IMG/VR virus record: IMGVR_UViG_642918906_000001
Coordinates: 1-64,000 of that record
Reading direction: 5' to 3' (one strand)
Length of the DNA: 64,000 bases
DNA from: a virus
Lineage: Duplodnaviria > Caudoviricetes
Positions 1 through 9,225 of the stretch are shown in pieces. Numbering within the stretch: position 1 is the first letter of the stretch; the number at the start of each line of letters is the position of its first letter. Made by a program: the position numbers and the translations under genes. The notes below the pieces were generated by a model, which was given only the letters and a program-made list of their open reading frames with translations, searched no databases and had not been told where the DNA came from.

Positions 1-32
1 AATATGTAATGGTATTTCGTGAGGAACACTAG

Positions 33-365
33 GTGGCTCTTTATTCTGCTTTACAGCCTCACATAGAGGCTAACCAATGGTTTAAGAATGGTGATCACCC
101 AGATGATCACACTATCCATCGTATTAACACAGGACGCGTAGTAAAGCGTCATCCCTATTACAAGACACCTAGAGGTGAGTCTAAGTGTAACTTCTGTGAA
201 CTGCCTCTTAATGACCATGGTATCATCGGTACTGCCGTTACAGTATGTCCAGGTGACTATGTTGTAACTAACCGTGATGACAAAGGTCGTAAGCTAAGTT
301 ACACTCTACTCAAACAAGAACTCTTCGAATACATGTATGGCCCATACAAGGAACCTAAAGAATGA
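33..365 (+). CDS. hypothetical protein, possible Zn-binding (CxxC...H...C)
   Basis: GTG start after GAGGAA; CNFC...HG...VCPGD; stop overlaps next start (ATGA). Confidence 0.75.
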   Translation: MALYSALQPHIEANQWFKNGDHPDDHTIHRINTGRVVKRHPYYKTPRGESKCNFCELPLNDHGIIGTAVTVCPGDYVVTNRDDKGRKLSYTLLKQELFEYMYGPYKEPKE

Positions 366-901
366 CCCTTATTGCTAAACCCGCTGTACCCGATACTGAA
401 GTACTGAATCACATTGGTCGTGATCTACTATTGAAAGATGAAGACGGTAGTTTCAAACTACAACGTCACCTGAAGATCCTGACTGAAGAAGGTTTGGTAC
501 ATCAAGTATCATTTGCTCAAGTAGACGGTCTGTTGAATATTCTGGACTCTACTCGTGAAACTCCACCATGTTCACCACTGCAATATCTCATTACGCACTA
601 TGACCTCAAAGATCTCGTAGAGCTCGGTAAAGACGGCTGGCTGGTGCCTGAGTATCAAGTGGTGGTGATGCATAGCAGCAAGACCGTACGCTTCGAAGGT
701 AAGCTTACACGCGTTGGTAGCATAGACAAAGAGTTCACTTTTGCACTGGGTGGTTTTGACTTCATCCAACAACTGAGTTTGGCTCGTTGCATTGCAAGCT
801 TGGGTAAAGAATTTGAACAAGTCATTGGTACGTTCGATTGTACCTATGTGTTCAAGACTGGACCTGATGGGATCTCTGTCTCTACTGATATCGGAGTTTA
901 A
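362..901 (+). CDS. chmB: probable chimallin-interacting nuclear shell protein ChmB (gp2-like)
   Basis: 179 aa, second gene of the window, upstream of DHFR; assignment from recalled 201phi2-1/PhiPA3 gene numbering, no diagnostic motif. Confidence 0.6.
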   Translation: MTLIAKPAVPDTEVLNHIGRDLLLKDEDGSFKLQRHLKILTEEGLVHQVSFAQVDGLLNILDSTRETPPCSPLQYLITHYDLKDLVELGKDGWLVPEYQVVVMHSSKTVRFEGKLTRVGSIDKEFTFALGGFDFIQQLSLARCIASLGKEFEQVIGTFDCTYVFKTGPDGISVSTDIGV

Positions 902-1453
902 ATGAAAACGAGTATGATCTTAGCTCGTGACGTTCAAGGCGTTATTGGTATTGATAACAAACTCCCTTGGCATGTACCAGCAGACATGGCTTTGTTCATA
1001 GCCCATACCAAAGGTAAGGCGGTAGTGATGGGTCGTAAGACTTGGGAGTCCCTACCGGTCAAACCACTACCGGGTCGACACAACATCATTCTGACTGGTA
1101 AGCCTAACTACAAAGACGTTGTGAATGCTGAAGAGCTTACCAACAAGGCTCAGGTATCGATCGCCAGTAGCGTTGAGGATGCTATTATCTCAGCTAGTCA
1201 GGAAGGTGCCGATGAAGTAGTGTTTATCGGTGGTCGTTCGATCTATGACCAAGTGGTCAACTATGTAGATGAAATCCACGTCAGTGAACTTAATCTGTGT
1301 GTTGAAACCAAAGGAAAGTCGGATGTAGATATCTATGCACAAGACTTTGAAGACTTGGGCTTTGTAATAGCCAGTGCTGGCCCGCTTTATGAATCAGAGA
1401 CAGGCAAACACCTGTTGGACTATATTCGCTACGCTCGACCATTAAGTCGTTAA
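902..1453 (+). CDS. dfr: dihydrofolate reductase
   Basis: GVIGIDNKLPWHVPADM, VVMGRKTWESLP, PLPGRHNIILT, FIGGRSIY. Confidence 0.97.
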   Translation: MKTSMILARDVQGVIGIDNKLPWHVPADMALFIAHTKGKAVVMGRKTWESLPVKPLPGRHNIILTGKPNYKDVVNAEELTNKAQVSIASSVEDAIISASQEGADEVVFIGGRSIYDQVVNYVDEIHVSELNLCVETKGKSDVDIYAQDFEDLGFVIASAGPLYESETGKHLLDYIRYARPLSR

Positions 1454-1458
1454 GACAA

Positions 1459-1491
1459 CATATTGCCCCTCCATTACGGAGGGGCTTTATG
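1459..1491. terminator. bidirectional hairpin terminator between convergent genes
   Basis: GCCCCTCC-ATTAC-GGAGGGGC with CATATT / TTTATG flanks. Confidence 0.85.
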
Positions 1492-1493
1492 CT

Positions 1494-1955
1494 TTATTTA
1501 TTTTTGTTGTACTCTGCGGTAAAGATATCTTTCAATGCTGCTGGTGAAGGCTTGGTTGGCTTAGTGTATAACCGATAAGCGGTTACCCCTAACTCAATAG
1601 CCTTACGACGGAAGATATTCACCTTAGCCACACGCATTGCATCAAAGAAAATCTCATCGACTTCCTTACGATTTAACTTACGCTTGTTGGTTTGCCAAGT
1701 TTCACATAGTTTGTCATGCACTACAGCGCACTGACCATGTTTACCCCATGCAGGAATCAACCACTGTAAGAACTTAGGTACACTGGCACCATCAGTTAGA
1801 TAACCCGTCTCAATAGTAACAATCTCAGAAGGATCATGACTTGAGTAGAATGTAAAGCCTGGATCTACCCAGTAGTATTTACCCTTCAGGGCTTTGGATT
1901 CTTCTTTAGCTGAGAAGATACTTAGTTTTGCAGAGAACTGTGTAAACGATGACAT
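1494..1955 (-). CDS. DUF1353-like protein
   Basis: GYLTDGASVP and AVVHD motifs, D-x2-F-x2-AM. Confidence 0.8.
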   Translation of the reverse strand: MSSFTQFSAKLSIFSAKEESKALKGKYYWVDPGFTFYSSHDPSEIVTIETGYLTDGASVPKFLQWLIPAWGKHGQCAVVHDKLCETWQTNKRKLNRKEVDEIFFDAMRVAKVNIFRRKAIELGVTAYRLYTKPTKPSPAALKDIFTAEYNKNK

Positions 1956-1970
1956 TGGTAGTTTCCTTAA

Positions 1971-4163
1971 TTAAACGATTGCTCGTTGACCGGTGAATCG
2001 TGCTGGTGCATTGCGCGAAGAATCACCAAAGCGATTACTGCGTACTCGACGAACGCGTTCATCGTGCACTTGCTGGATCATTGCGTCGATACCCATACCA
2101 TGAGCTTCATCAACGTCAATCCACCGCGAGATGGCCCTTAGGCGCATTTCTAGCTTGGTTGCCAGCATGCGGTTTGGTTCACCTTTAAGACGTACGATCA
2201 AGTCATCGAATTCTGCACGGTACTTAGCGTTCTGATTGTCACGGAAAACTTCGACGTTAGTTGGTTCCACGTCACGAGTACGAGCCTTAACAAAGATTGT
2301 CTTCGGATTAATGCCGTAGTAATCCAAGTTCTGACCACGGATGCAAGTCCAGTGTGCCAGCAACATCGATACCACCATGTCGTCGTGTTTGTCAGTGTCG
2401 TGGTCGATACGACCATTCTTAATTACCAGACCCAAGAGTTCTGTAATCAGTTGGTTATCGTTCATGACTCGACCGCCTACGTCAATCGAGTTAGACAACG
2501 AATCTTTAAACAATGCGTTACGAGAGTAACGACCGCCACCAGAAGTGTTGAAACCGAAGTGTCGTTTGAATCGATCATAGAACTGTGGAGTACGTTGACT
2601 AACTGGAGTGGTTCTAAGGATTTCGTATTCCGTTTCCAAGATGTTAGATTCATCGACCACACGATTGAAGATTCGACGGAAAGGACAGATACCTTTAGAG
2701 TGCAGTACCAGAATAACCATGTCGATCAAACTAATACCCGTAGACTTACGTTCTGGAACCCAAGTGATGTTCTCGTATTTGATCAGCAAGTTAGCAATGA
2801 AGCTGGCTAAGATCGGAACAGACGTTTCATTATAACGTCCAGTGAACAACACTTCATGGGTTTCTGTGTCGATACCAACGATACCCGTGGAGTCGTTACC
2901 TGCGCCGAGGAGTTCACTAGGGTCGCAACCCATCACCACTTTACAACGTGCCATACGGTCAGCGATCATGTGTTCAGGAATATACCATCTCAAGAGGTAT
3001 CCGTTTTCATCACTGATGTTAGCCATCGGTTCAGACATAGCTTCCTTGAGGATCTTCTTATGGTGATCCAACAACGGAGAGCCTTCACCACCAACAGTCC
3101 AGATATTGAAGAAGTCTCGGTCAGCGATCTCACCACTCGATGCAGATTCACGTAGTGTCTTATACAACCACATATCGTCGAAACCTAATTGACGATGGTT
3201 GAATGCACCGTAGATCAGTGGCGTTTCACCCGAGGTCCCTTTCTCAATAATGAGTTCTAGGGTTGCTTGATCTTTAAGGTCAAGATAAGCTTCTGTCCAT
3301 ACTGCGCCACCAGTCATGAAGCGGTGAGCGAACTTACCATCTCGAGTAGTGATGTCACCAGCGGTCGTAGTGAAGATGTTACCAAAGAACTGGCGGTTGG
3401 CACGGGCAATACGACGTGCAGCGGAACCTGCCGCAAGTGCTACTGGTAGAGAAGTCCCGATCAAGCTAATGTATGCAAATTCGTCGAACTGCATGATAGG
3501 TACAGTAAGACCACGACCGAGTTTGTCCGCGGCAATAACGTCGTTACGCGCTACTGAAGTGCCATAACGGTTACCCAAACGAATGCAGCTCAGCGCTTCG
3601 TTGTTATCGACGTCATTACGGTCGATCATGTCAATGTAATCAGGTAATAGATCCCTCATCCCTTTAAGTCGCCTGATGTTAGCATCGCGCAGACGGGCGT
3701 CTTTAGTAATCAGATTGATCTCAGTTTTGAAGCCCCAGATAAACATCAGTCCAACCATCAAGATGTCCGTTGATACAGACTTACCTGTTTGACGTGGTTG
3801 CAATAGACCAAAGTTAATATGGTTAAAGAAGCTCCAATACAAAGCGATGTTACCACGGTTCGCTAAGAATGGGGACGGCACTGGGCCAGAGATTGGAACA
3901 CGAGCAACTTCCCTAAAGTAATACCACGGGTTATATTTGCATTCATAGGCAATCTTAGCCTTAGTAACACGATCCAAATTATCAGCAAAAGGATCTACAC
4001 CCGATAGCTCTGGTTGCATTAACGCTAGATGAAACTTCCAGTTCTTGACTTTGAGTTCATCGCGATACAAGTGAGCTAACTTAAGGAAGGTCTCATTTTT
4101 GGTGTTGAAATCGGCATAGACTCGGAAGCGTTCCCAGTCTGACTCGAATAGAACAATATCCAT
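1971..4163 (-). CDS. terL: terminase large subunit (phiKZ gp25-like)
   Basis: Walker A PRQTGKS, Walker B IMQFDEFAY, nuclease motifs GCDPS and HDDMVVS; ATG at 4163 with GAGGT RBS. Confidence 0.93.
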   Translation of the reverse strand: MDIVLFESDWERFRVYADFNTKNETFLKLAHLYRDELKVKNWKFHLALMQPELSGVDPFADNLDRVTKAKIAYECKYNPWYYFREVARVPISGPVPSPFLANRGNIALYWSFFNHINFGLLQPRQTGKSVSTDILMVGLMFIWGFKTEINLITKDARLRDANIRRLKGMRDLLPDYIDMIDRNDVDNNEALSCIRLGNRYGTSVARNDVIAADKLGRGLTVPIMQFDEFAYISLIGTSLPVALAAGSAARRIARANRQFFGNIFTTTAGDITTRDGKFAHRFMTGGAVWTEAYLDLKDQATLELIIEKGTSGETPLIYGAFNHRQLGFDDMWLYKTLRESASSGEIADRDFFNIWTVGGEGSPLLDHHKKILKEAMSEPMANISDENGYLLRWYIPEHMIADRMARCKVVMGCDPSELLGAGNDSTGIVGIDTETHEVLFTGRYNETSVPILASFIANLLIKYENITWVPERKSTGISLIDMVILVLHSKGICPFRRIFNRVVDESNILETEYEILRTTPVSQRTPQFYDRFKRHFGFNTSGGGRYSRNALFKDSLSNSIDVGGRVMNDNQLITELLGLVIKNGRIDHDTDKHDDMVVSMLLAHWTCIRGQNLDYYGINPKTIFVKARTRDVEPTNVEVFRDNQNAKYRAEFDDLIVRLKGEPNRMLATKLEMRLRAISRWIDVDEAHGMGIDAMIQQVHDERVRRVRSNRFGDSSRNAPARFTGQRAIV

Positions 4164-4206
4164 AATGGACCTCAAATGAAAAGGTTATAGTACATACTAT
4201 CATTAT

Positions 4207-4239
4207 TAGAAGCCATTTAAAGGCTATATTACTATTGTG
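4207..4239 (+). promoter_or_regulatory. early (virion RNAP) promoter
   Basis: TAGA(4207)-N14-TATATTAC(4225)-N4-GTG; TATATTAC is the known phiKZ early motif. Confidence 0.85.
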
Positions 4240-4271
4240 AATTCAGCAACTTAAATAGATAGGATATCTAA

Positions 4272-4679
4272 ATGAAGGTATACCGTTTTCTTAATCCTAA
4301 TGGTGAAGGCCTTTACCAAAACGACTTCTGGCGCCAGGTTGGGCTACCTTACGTAGGCGAGGATATCCCTTTCCATCAACCGCCCGTTTATGAAGATGTT
4401 CGCGGCTGGAAACTTGAAGATGCGAACAAATACATCTGTGCGTTCCAATCCCCGGATAAACTCGTTAGTTGGTTTCGTGACCTGAATCCTCTTCAAGTAT
4501 TTATTGAAGGTGGGTCGTTGGTCGAAATAATTGTCCCTAACGAGCATGTGCGTTTGGGCAATCATCAATGCGCTATCCGTAAGTTTAAAGAAACTTCGGT
4601 TCGTGAAATTGGTATTGACGAATTCATTGATCTGATTGATAACTCGGTGGAACGTTATAAAGAATTAATAGTTTGGTAA
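4272..4679 (+). CDS. hypothetical early protein, possible ADP-ribosyltransferase-like fold
   Basis: first ORF after promoter, AGGA RBS; VYR...CAFQS...WF...Q pattern; confidence is for the ORF, not the fold. Confidence 0.8.
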   Translation: MKVYRFLNPNGEGLYQNDFWRQVGLPYVGEDIPFHQPPVYEDVRGWKLEDANKYICAFQSPDKLVSWFRDLNPLQVFIEGGSLVEIIVPNEHVRLGNHQCAIRKFKETSVREIGIDEFIDLIDNSVERYKELIVW

Positions 4680-4688
4680 GGACTCGTA

Positions 4689-4793
4689 ATGCGTCGTAAG
4701 AATAAGATCCCTAAAGGAGAACGTAAGTGGGTCGCCTTATTCTTGGTGATCGATTTAATCGCTCTGGCTGTAATCCCATTCGTTTTGATGTGA
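4689..4793 (+). CDS. 34-aa single-TM microprotein (not in ORF track)
   Basis: MRRKNKIPKGERKWVALFLVIDLIALAVIPFVLM; AAGGA RBS; fills the gap between neighbours. Confidence 0.7.
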   Translation: MRRKNKIPKGERKWVALFLVIDLIALAVIPFVLM

Positions 4794-4800
4794 GGTCAAC

Positions 4801-5295
4801 ATGCATCTGCAATACAATACCCCGCCATACCGTAAACTGTATCGCTCGTATATCGAGCGCTATGATAACTGCGATAAGGTTGTTAACATCGAACCACGTG
4901 TACGTGAGTTCAGTCACCTGATCCGCCAGTCCGGTCTCGGTGTAAGTGTGTGGAGTTGTGAAGGTCATGAGGAAGACACCTATTCCCCATATGAAGGTTA
5001 CGTCATGCTCACAGCACGTAATCGTGAAGCCGCTGCGAAGTTGGTAGATGTGTTTCAAAAGATCTCGAGTGTTCTCGTAACGGTTATGGGCTGGGAAGCT
5101 CTACCAGAGATCGAGTCCCCTCTGGCATCGCTGGGTGAGGACACCAGTTACCCATGCGTCGTCATCCGCAGTCCAAGTTTCACAAAAGAATCAAATGCAA
5201 ATCTCTTTTGGGAGATTGTAACCGTACAGACAGAGAAGCTGCTGAAACACCATATTTCTGCCAATCCTGAAAACATTACAGGAGTAATACCATGA
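4801..5295 (+). CDS. hypothetical protein with SCEGH motif
   Basis: GAGGT RBS; IEPRVREFSHLI...WSCEGH. Confidence 0.8.
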   Translation: MHLQYNTPPYRKLYRSYIERYDNCDKVVNIEPRVREFSHLIRQSGLGVSVWSCEGHEEDTYSPYEGYVMLTARNREAAAKLVDVFQKISSVLVTVMGWEALPEIESPLASLGEDTSYPCVVIRSPSFTKESNANLFWEIVTVQTEKLLKHHISANPENITGVIP

Positions 5296-5897
5296 CTATC
5301 AAAGCTGAACTGAACTATCTGGACTTCCACAACACCAAGGATAAACTGGAAGATGGTTTCTATCGTGTTATCGAATCCGATGGTGAAGAGAACATCGCGC
5401 TGGTAAAGGCGAACTCGTGGAATGGTCCATGTCGTGTGACCTGGATGTCTGAGATGGAATACCTCGAACATCGCCGGATGGATAGCTACCTGTCTGATGA
5501 CTGGGATCGTGAAGGTAACGAGTTCCGTCGGATCAGTCCTGAAGATCTGGCTGATGTCGACCTCAGCGAGGACCTGATGGATTCATGGGACCAGGCCATG
5601 GCTAAAAAAGATGATCAGCGGTTATGCGATGAAATCTGTCTGGCTGAGGTTGATGTCACCGCGTATCTGGAAGACCTGACCGATACTGAGTTCGTTAACC
5701 TGTGTGCCCAGGGGTTTGAATCGAATCAACATCAATCGGAATGCTTCAATCGTGACATGGAAGCGAAGAAAGATGTTTCCTTGGCAGACCTGTTGCGTGA
5801 AGCCATTTCGATTGACCCACGTCACATGACCAACGAGCAGTACGTAGAACGCTGTGAAATTGCAGCTCAAGATAAACGTGATGGCGTAAGTGCGTAA
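5292..5897 (+). CDS. acidic hypothetical protein
   Basis: AGGAG RBS, overlapping start/stop on both sides. Confidence 0.85.
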   Translation: MTIKAELNYLDFHNTKDKLEDGFYRVIESDGEENIALVKANSWNGPCRVTWMSEMEYLEHRRMDSYLSDDWDREGNEFRRISPEDLADVDLSEDLMDSWDQAMAKKDDQRLCDEICLAEVDVTAYLEDLTDTEFVNLCAQGFESNQHQSECFNRDMEAKKDVSLADLLREAISIDPRHMTNEQYVERCEIAAQDKRDGVSA

Positions 5898-6124
5898 TGA
5901 AGCGTATTCCTAACATGCGTGTAGAAGTAACCCGTAGCTCCATCCCGGCTATTCTGAACGCCGGTGGCTGTGTATCATATTTCGGTACTGGTAACCCCAG
6001 TACCGTTTATGCCGAGGGTCAGCCTGAGCACGTCCTGAGTATGTCTCAACGCTCGGATGTGACAGTCTTGGGTGAGATCCATAAAACCCCCAACTTTCGT
6101 AATGAATCAGGAGCGTACCTGTGA
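5897..6124 (+). CDS. hypothetical protein
   Basis: TAATG coupling to upstream gene. Confidence 0.7.
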   Translation: MKRIPNMRVEVTRSSIPAILNAGGCVSYFGTGNPSTVYAEGQPEHVLSMSQRSDVTVLGEIHKTPNFRNESGAYL

Positions 6125-6378
6125 CACCGTTTAAGAAATGGCTTCTGCGTCCACTGTACATTGCGTTATACTACCTATCGGGCCTTATCTTCGGTGGGAT
6201 ACTCGCTATCATCGTACTCAGTATGATGGATGGTTTGAGTATCATTGAAATTTACGAGAAAATCAAGGATGACGCCGGGTTGATCGCGATGAGCTACCTT
6301 GGGGCGTATTGGGTTAAATGGAATTTCGTCTATGGCCCACAAAAAGTAACGGAGGTGAAAAATGGAACCAATGGGTAA
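6121..6378 (+). CDS. small membrane protein
   Basis: two hydrophobic segments; AGGAG RBS. Confidence 0.75.
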   Translation: MTPFKKWLLRPLYIALYYLSGLIFGGILAIIVLSMMDGLSIIEIYEKIKDDAGLIAMSYLGAYWVKWNFVYGPQKVTEVKNGTNG

Positions 6379-6646
6379 ATCTGAAATCGCCGATAAGGTT
6401 GCCAAGAACAAAGCCAGTAAAGATCGCTGGGAGTTCATTCAACATGTAGTTCGACTGTTGGCTTTCTGGCCACTACAGATCGTACTCACTGCAAATATCC
6501 TTGTTACTACCTACGGGATTCTGGTACAGGATATTAGCAATGACCTTAAAACAATTTGGGTAGTTACTCAGAACTGGCCAATCATCGTCACCTGGGTAAT
6601 TATCTATTATTGCATCCGGCGTGAGAATAAATGGTTCGGCTGGTAA
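6362..6646 (+). CDS. small membrane protein
   Basis: two hydrophobic segments; GGAGG RBS. Confidence 0.75.
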   Translation: MEPMGKSEIADKVAKNKASKDRWEFIQHVVRLLAFWPLQIVLTANILVTTYGILVQDISNDLKTIWVVTQNWPIIVTWVIIYYCIRRENKWFGW

Positions 6647-6674
6647 GTAACCCACATTAACAAGGAGCATTCAA

Positions 6675-6863
6675 ATGTGGAAGAAATTTCTGTTTCATTG
6701 GCATGCACACTGGTTGCGTGTCGAATATCAAAAGCGGCTGACTCAGGTGAGTCGTGATCGCTGGATCAACTGCAAACGCGGCTTGATCACTCGTGAACGT
6801 GAGATCGTTCATCAGTGGTACGGTCGCGAATACAATAACCTGGTTGAAAAATATCTCAAGTAA
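6675..6863 (+). CDS. small basic hypothetical protein
   Basis: AAGGAG RBS. Confidence 0.75.
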   Translation: MWKKFLFHWHAHWLRVEYQKRLTQVSRDRWINCKRGLITREREIVHQWYGREYNNLVEKYLK

Positions 6864-6874
6864 GGTGGTGGAAC

Positions 6875-7066
6875 ATGGACTTCAATTATCGCGTTAAAGT
6901 GCTGGGTACTTCGCTGCAACAACTGCTCGACATGGGCTTTGCTGTGAATGCACATGACTGCCAGCCCGGTGAATACTGGGTTATCGGTTGTGGCCGTACC
7001 AGTCTGGAAAATCAGGTTGTCCATCACAGCCTGACTACCATCACTCCTTACGAGGCTATCCGTTAA
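6875..7066 (+). CDS. hypothetical protein
   Basis: GGTGG RBS, operon packing. Confidence 0.7.
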   Translation: MDFNYRVKVLGTSLQQLLDMGFAVNAHDCQPGEYWVIGCGRTSLENQVVHHSLTTITPYEAIR

Positions 7067-7443
7067 TGAAAGGTAACTGGCGTGACGTCGACTATACTTT
7101 ACCGGCAGGCGAGTCACTTGTAAAGGCTATTCGTGACCGGGTGATGACTTGTCACGAGCACAAGTTCCAGGTCAGTACAGTCTATCTCGGCTTCGAGGCC
7201 AATTACTCTGGTTACAGGCGCGTCACCGCTGAAGAAGTAACTAGCGGTGGCGGACTCGTCACCTGGAGTAGTGGTTTTGCAGTTGTATGGTTGAACGAGT
7301 TCTGGGATGATCGGGAACTCCCGATTAAGAAGATTCCAGTATGGGATCTAGACCCAGAACAACGAGCTGCATATGACCGTAAGTTGCTCGAGTACCAGAG
7401 TCGTGTGATCCACCCTGATCAGCTGAAAATCAAGGAGAACTAA
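7066..7443 (+). CDS. hypothetical protein
   Basis: start moved to ATG 7066 (TAATG coupling, GAGG RBS). Confidence 0.75.
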   Translation: MKGNWRDVDYTLPAGESLVKAIRDRVMTCHEHKFQVSTVYLGFEANYSGYRRVTAEEVTSGGGLVTWSSGFAVVWLNEFWDDRELPIKKIPVWDLDPEQRAAYDRKLLEYQSRVIHPDQLKIKEN

Positions 7444-7445
7444 TT

Positions 7446-7718
7446 ATGTCAGCAATGGCCATTTTTGTTGCATCAATTCTCGTAACTCCAGTTAACAACA
7501 ACCGTGTCAATGTCCCAATCGCACCAGCGACCATTACGGTACAGAAGCAGGTGTTGACTGATCCAACCAATGCCAATGGTAAATGTCGCAAGCTGGAAGC
7601 GGCTTACCATAATGGCAATGGTAGCAGTGTTAAGCGCGGTAATAAAATCGTCAGTCAGGTAACCAGTCCTGACGGCTTCTACGTTACTGAAACTACAACC
7701 TTCTGTGTGGAGATCTAA
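7446..7718 (+). CDS. hypothetical protein, possibly exported
   Basis: hydrophobic N-terminus, two Cys; AAGGAG RBS. Confidence 0.7.
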   Translation: MSAMAIFVASILVTPVNNNRVNVPIAPATITVQKQVLTDPTNANGKCRKLEAAYHNGNGSSVKRGNKIVSQVTSPDGFYVTETTTFCVEI

Positions 7719-7719
7719 C

Positions 7720-7860
7720 ATGCTCTGGGAAATCATTTGCTACAATGGTGATAGCTACAAGTCTGATCGCCAAGAAACCCTGACTGAGTTTCTGGCTCGC
7801 TGGGCTAAAGAAAATCACCAGACCGAACTCAACATCAAACACGTGATCAACCATCACTAA
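7720..7860 (+). CDS. 46-aa hypothetical protein (not in ORF track)
   Basis: MLWEIICYNGDSYKSD...; GGAG RBS; fills gap. Confidence 0.65.
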   Translation: MLWEIICYNGDSYKSDRQETLTEFLARWAKENHQTELNIKHVINHH

Positions 7861-7868
7861 GGTAAGTT

Positions 7869-8156
7869 ATGGCTACTGTTTTGGATGTATACAAAGCTAC
7901 GATGATGCCAGATGCAAAGCGGGCATTGGAGCAGGTCACTAAAGTACTGTTCAAGATGATCAACTCTGGCGAAGTCGACTACGGTGCACGTATAAGTGTT
8001 CCTATTCCCATCCCGTTGGATGTGTCAGAAGAGCGCGCTGTGCATTACGTGTTGACGCATGAAGGTTGGACTAACATCGTCTTCACCGATGAAGCCATTC
8101 GGTTCAGCTTCCCGAACTACCATCCTATTCCGAAAATCAACCCGCACACAATGTAA
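7869..8156 (+). CDS. hypothetical protein, GW-motif paralog family
   Basis: VDY...PL-x3-E...GW; similar to 8180. Confidence 0.8.
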   Translation: MATVLDVYKATMMPDAKRALEQVTKVLFKMINSGEVDYGARISVPIPIPLDVSEERAVHYVLTHEGWTNIVFTDEAIRFSFPNYHPIPKINPHTM

Positions 8157-8179
8157 TTAATTTTATTTAGGAGCACTAA

Positions 8180-8455
8180 ATGCATAACGCACTTGAGATC
8201 TTTAGAGGTACGCAGAGTAGGGCGGTAGTTGACGCTATTCTGGCGGTGGATACACACCTTGCTGAAATTACCCGCCAAGAGCCAGGTTCAGTTGATTACG
8301 ATACGCGGCAAATCGTTCGGTTGCCAGTCGCGCTTAATCAGAGTGAACGTACCTCGATGCAATACCAGATGGAAGCCGCGGGTTGGGTAGCGATTGTATT
8401 CGGTCCTAATACGGTGAGCTTCCTCTTTCCGACTACATGGAGACACACGTGTTAA
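8180..8455 (+). CDS. hypothetical protein, GW-motif paralog family
   Basis: AGGAG RBS; VDY...AL-x3-E...GW...IVF...F.FP. Confidence 0.8.
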   Translation: MHNALEIFRGTQSRAVVDAILAVDTHLAEITRQEPGSVDYDTRQIVRLPVALNQSERTSMQYQMEAAGWVAIVFGPNTVSFLFPTTWRHTC

Positions 8456-8652
8456 CGATTCCGCTGTCCCGCTTTAAAGGTTTTGAACACAAACGTAACG
8501 ACGGTCGTCGTTGGGGTCAACATTTCCATGACTACATGGAACTCTCCAAGGTCACCAATGGCATCGACAAAGTCTGGTGTGATAAGCTGTATGCCGTAGA
8601 TGATGTCACTGCCCGGCAAATGGTTCTTAACGTAATCGATCAGGATAACTGA
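8437..8652 (+). CDS. hypothetical protein
   Basis: operon packing; start may be GTG 8449. Confidence 0.7.
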   Translation: METHVLTIPLSRFKGFEHKRNDGRRWGQHFHDYMELSKVTNGIDKVWCDKLYAVDDVTARQMVLNVIDQDN

Positions 8653-8653
8653 A

Positions 8654-8815
8654 ATGGATCAAGTTAAAATCTATAAATGTAGGGCCGGCGCCACCGGCCC
8701 TTATACCTACTCGGTTCGTAAGAAGTGCCGCTTCTGTAGAGAGGTCTTCGGGGAAGAGCGCGAAGCCGCTATAAAACAAATGTTGATCCCTAACCCAACT
8801 AACCAGGCTAGCTAA
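8654..8815 (+). CDS. 53-aa hypothetical protein with CxxC (not in ORF track)
   Basis: MDQVKIYKCRAG...KCRFC; AGGA RBS; TAATG coupling to next gene. Confidence 0.65.
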   Translation: MDQVKIYKCRAGATGPYTYSVRKKCRFCREVFGEEREAAIKQMLIPNPTNQAS

Positions 8816-9225
8816 TGAACCTTTTTAAAGATCATACCAGAGTGGTGAGCGACTGCGCGCTTATTTTATTTGAGCGACATGGTTTCTGCTATATTGGGTT
8901 GGTACCACAGCATGCAACTGAAGAGTTCACGCTGGAATCCATTCAGGCATTGCTAATCCGTTTTTATGACGAATTACCATGGGTACCTTTTATTCGAGAC
9001 ACTCATGCGTTCTCAGCGCTTTATAAACTCAATAAGTTCATCGACTGTATATCCAACGAACCTAGCGAGTATTTCAAGTGGTTGAATGACGTCAGTAAAA
9101 TAACCCGTTCTTTCTGTAAAGCGTACGATCGTAACAACCGCGATATGATCGAGTTCTACGATGACATTCGTGAATTCATCAGCGGTGAACCAAAAGCTTA
9201 TTACAAAGGTACTCCCTATGTTTGA
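8815..9225 (+). CDS. hypothetical protein
   Basis: 136-aa ORF in operon. Confidence 0.75.
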   Translation: MNLFKDHTRVVSDCALILFERHGFCYIGLVPQHATEEFTLESIQALLIRFYDELPWVPFIRDTHAFSALYKLNKFIDCISNEPSEYFKWLNDVSKITRSFCKAYDRNNRDMIEFYDDIREFISGEPKAYYKGTPYV

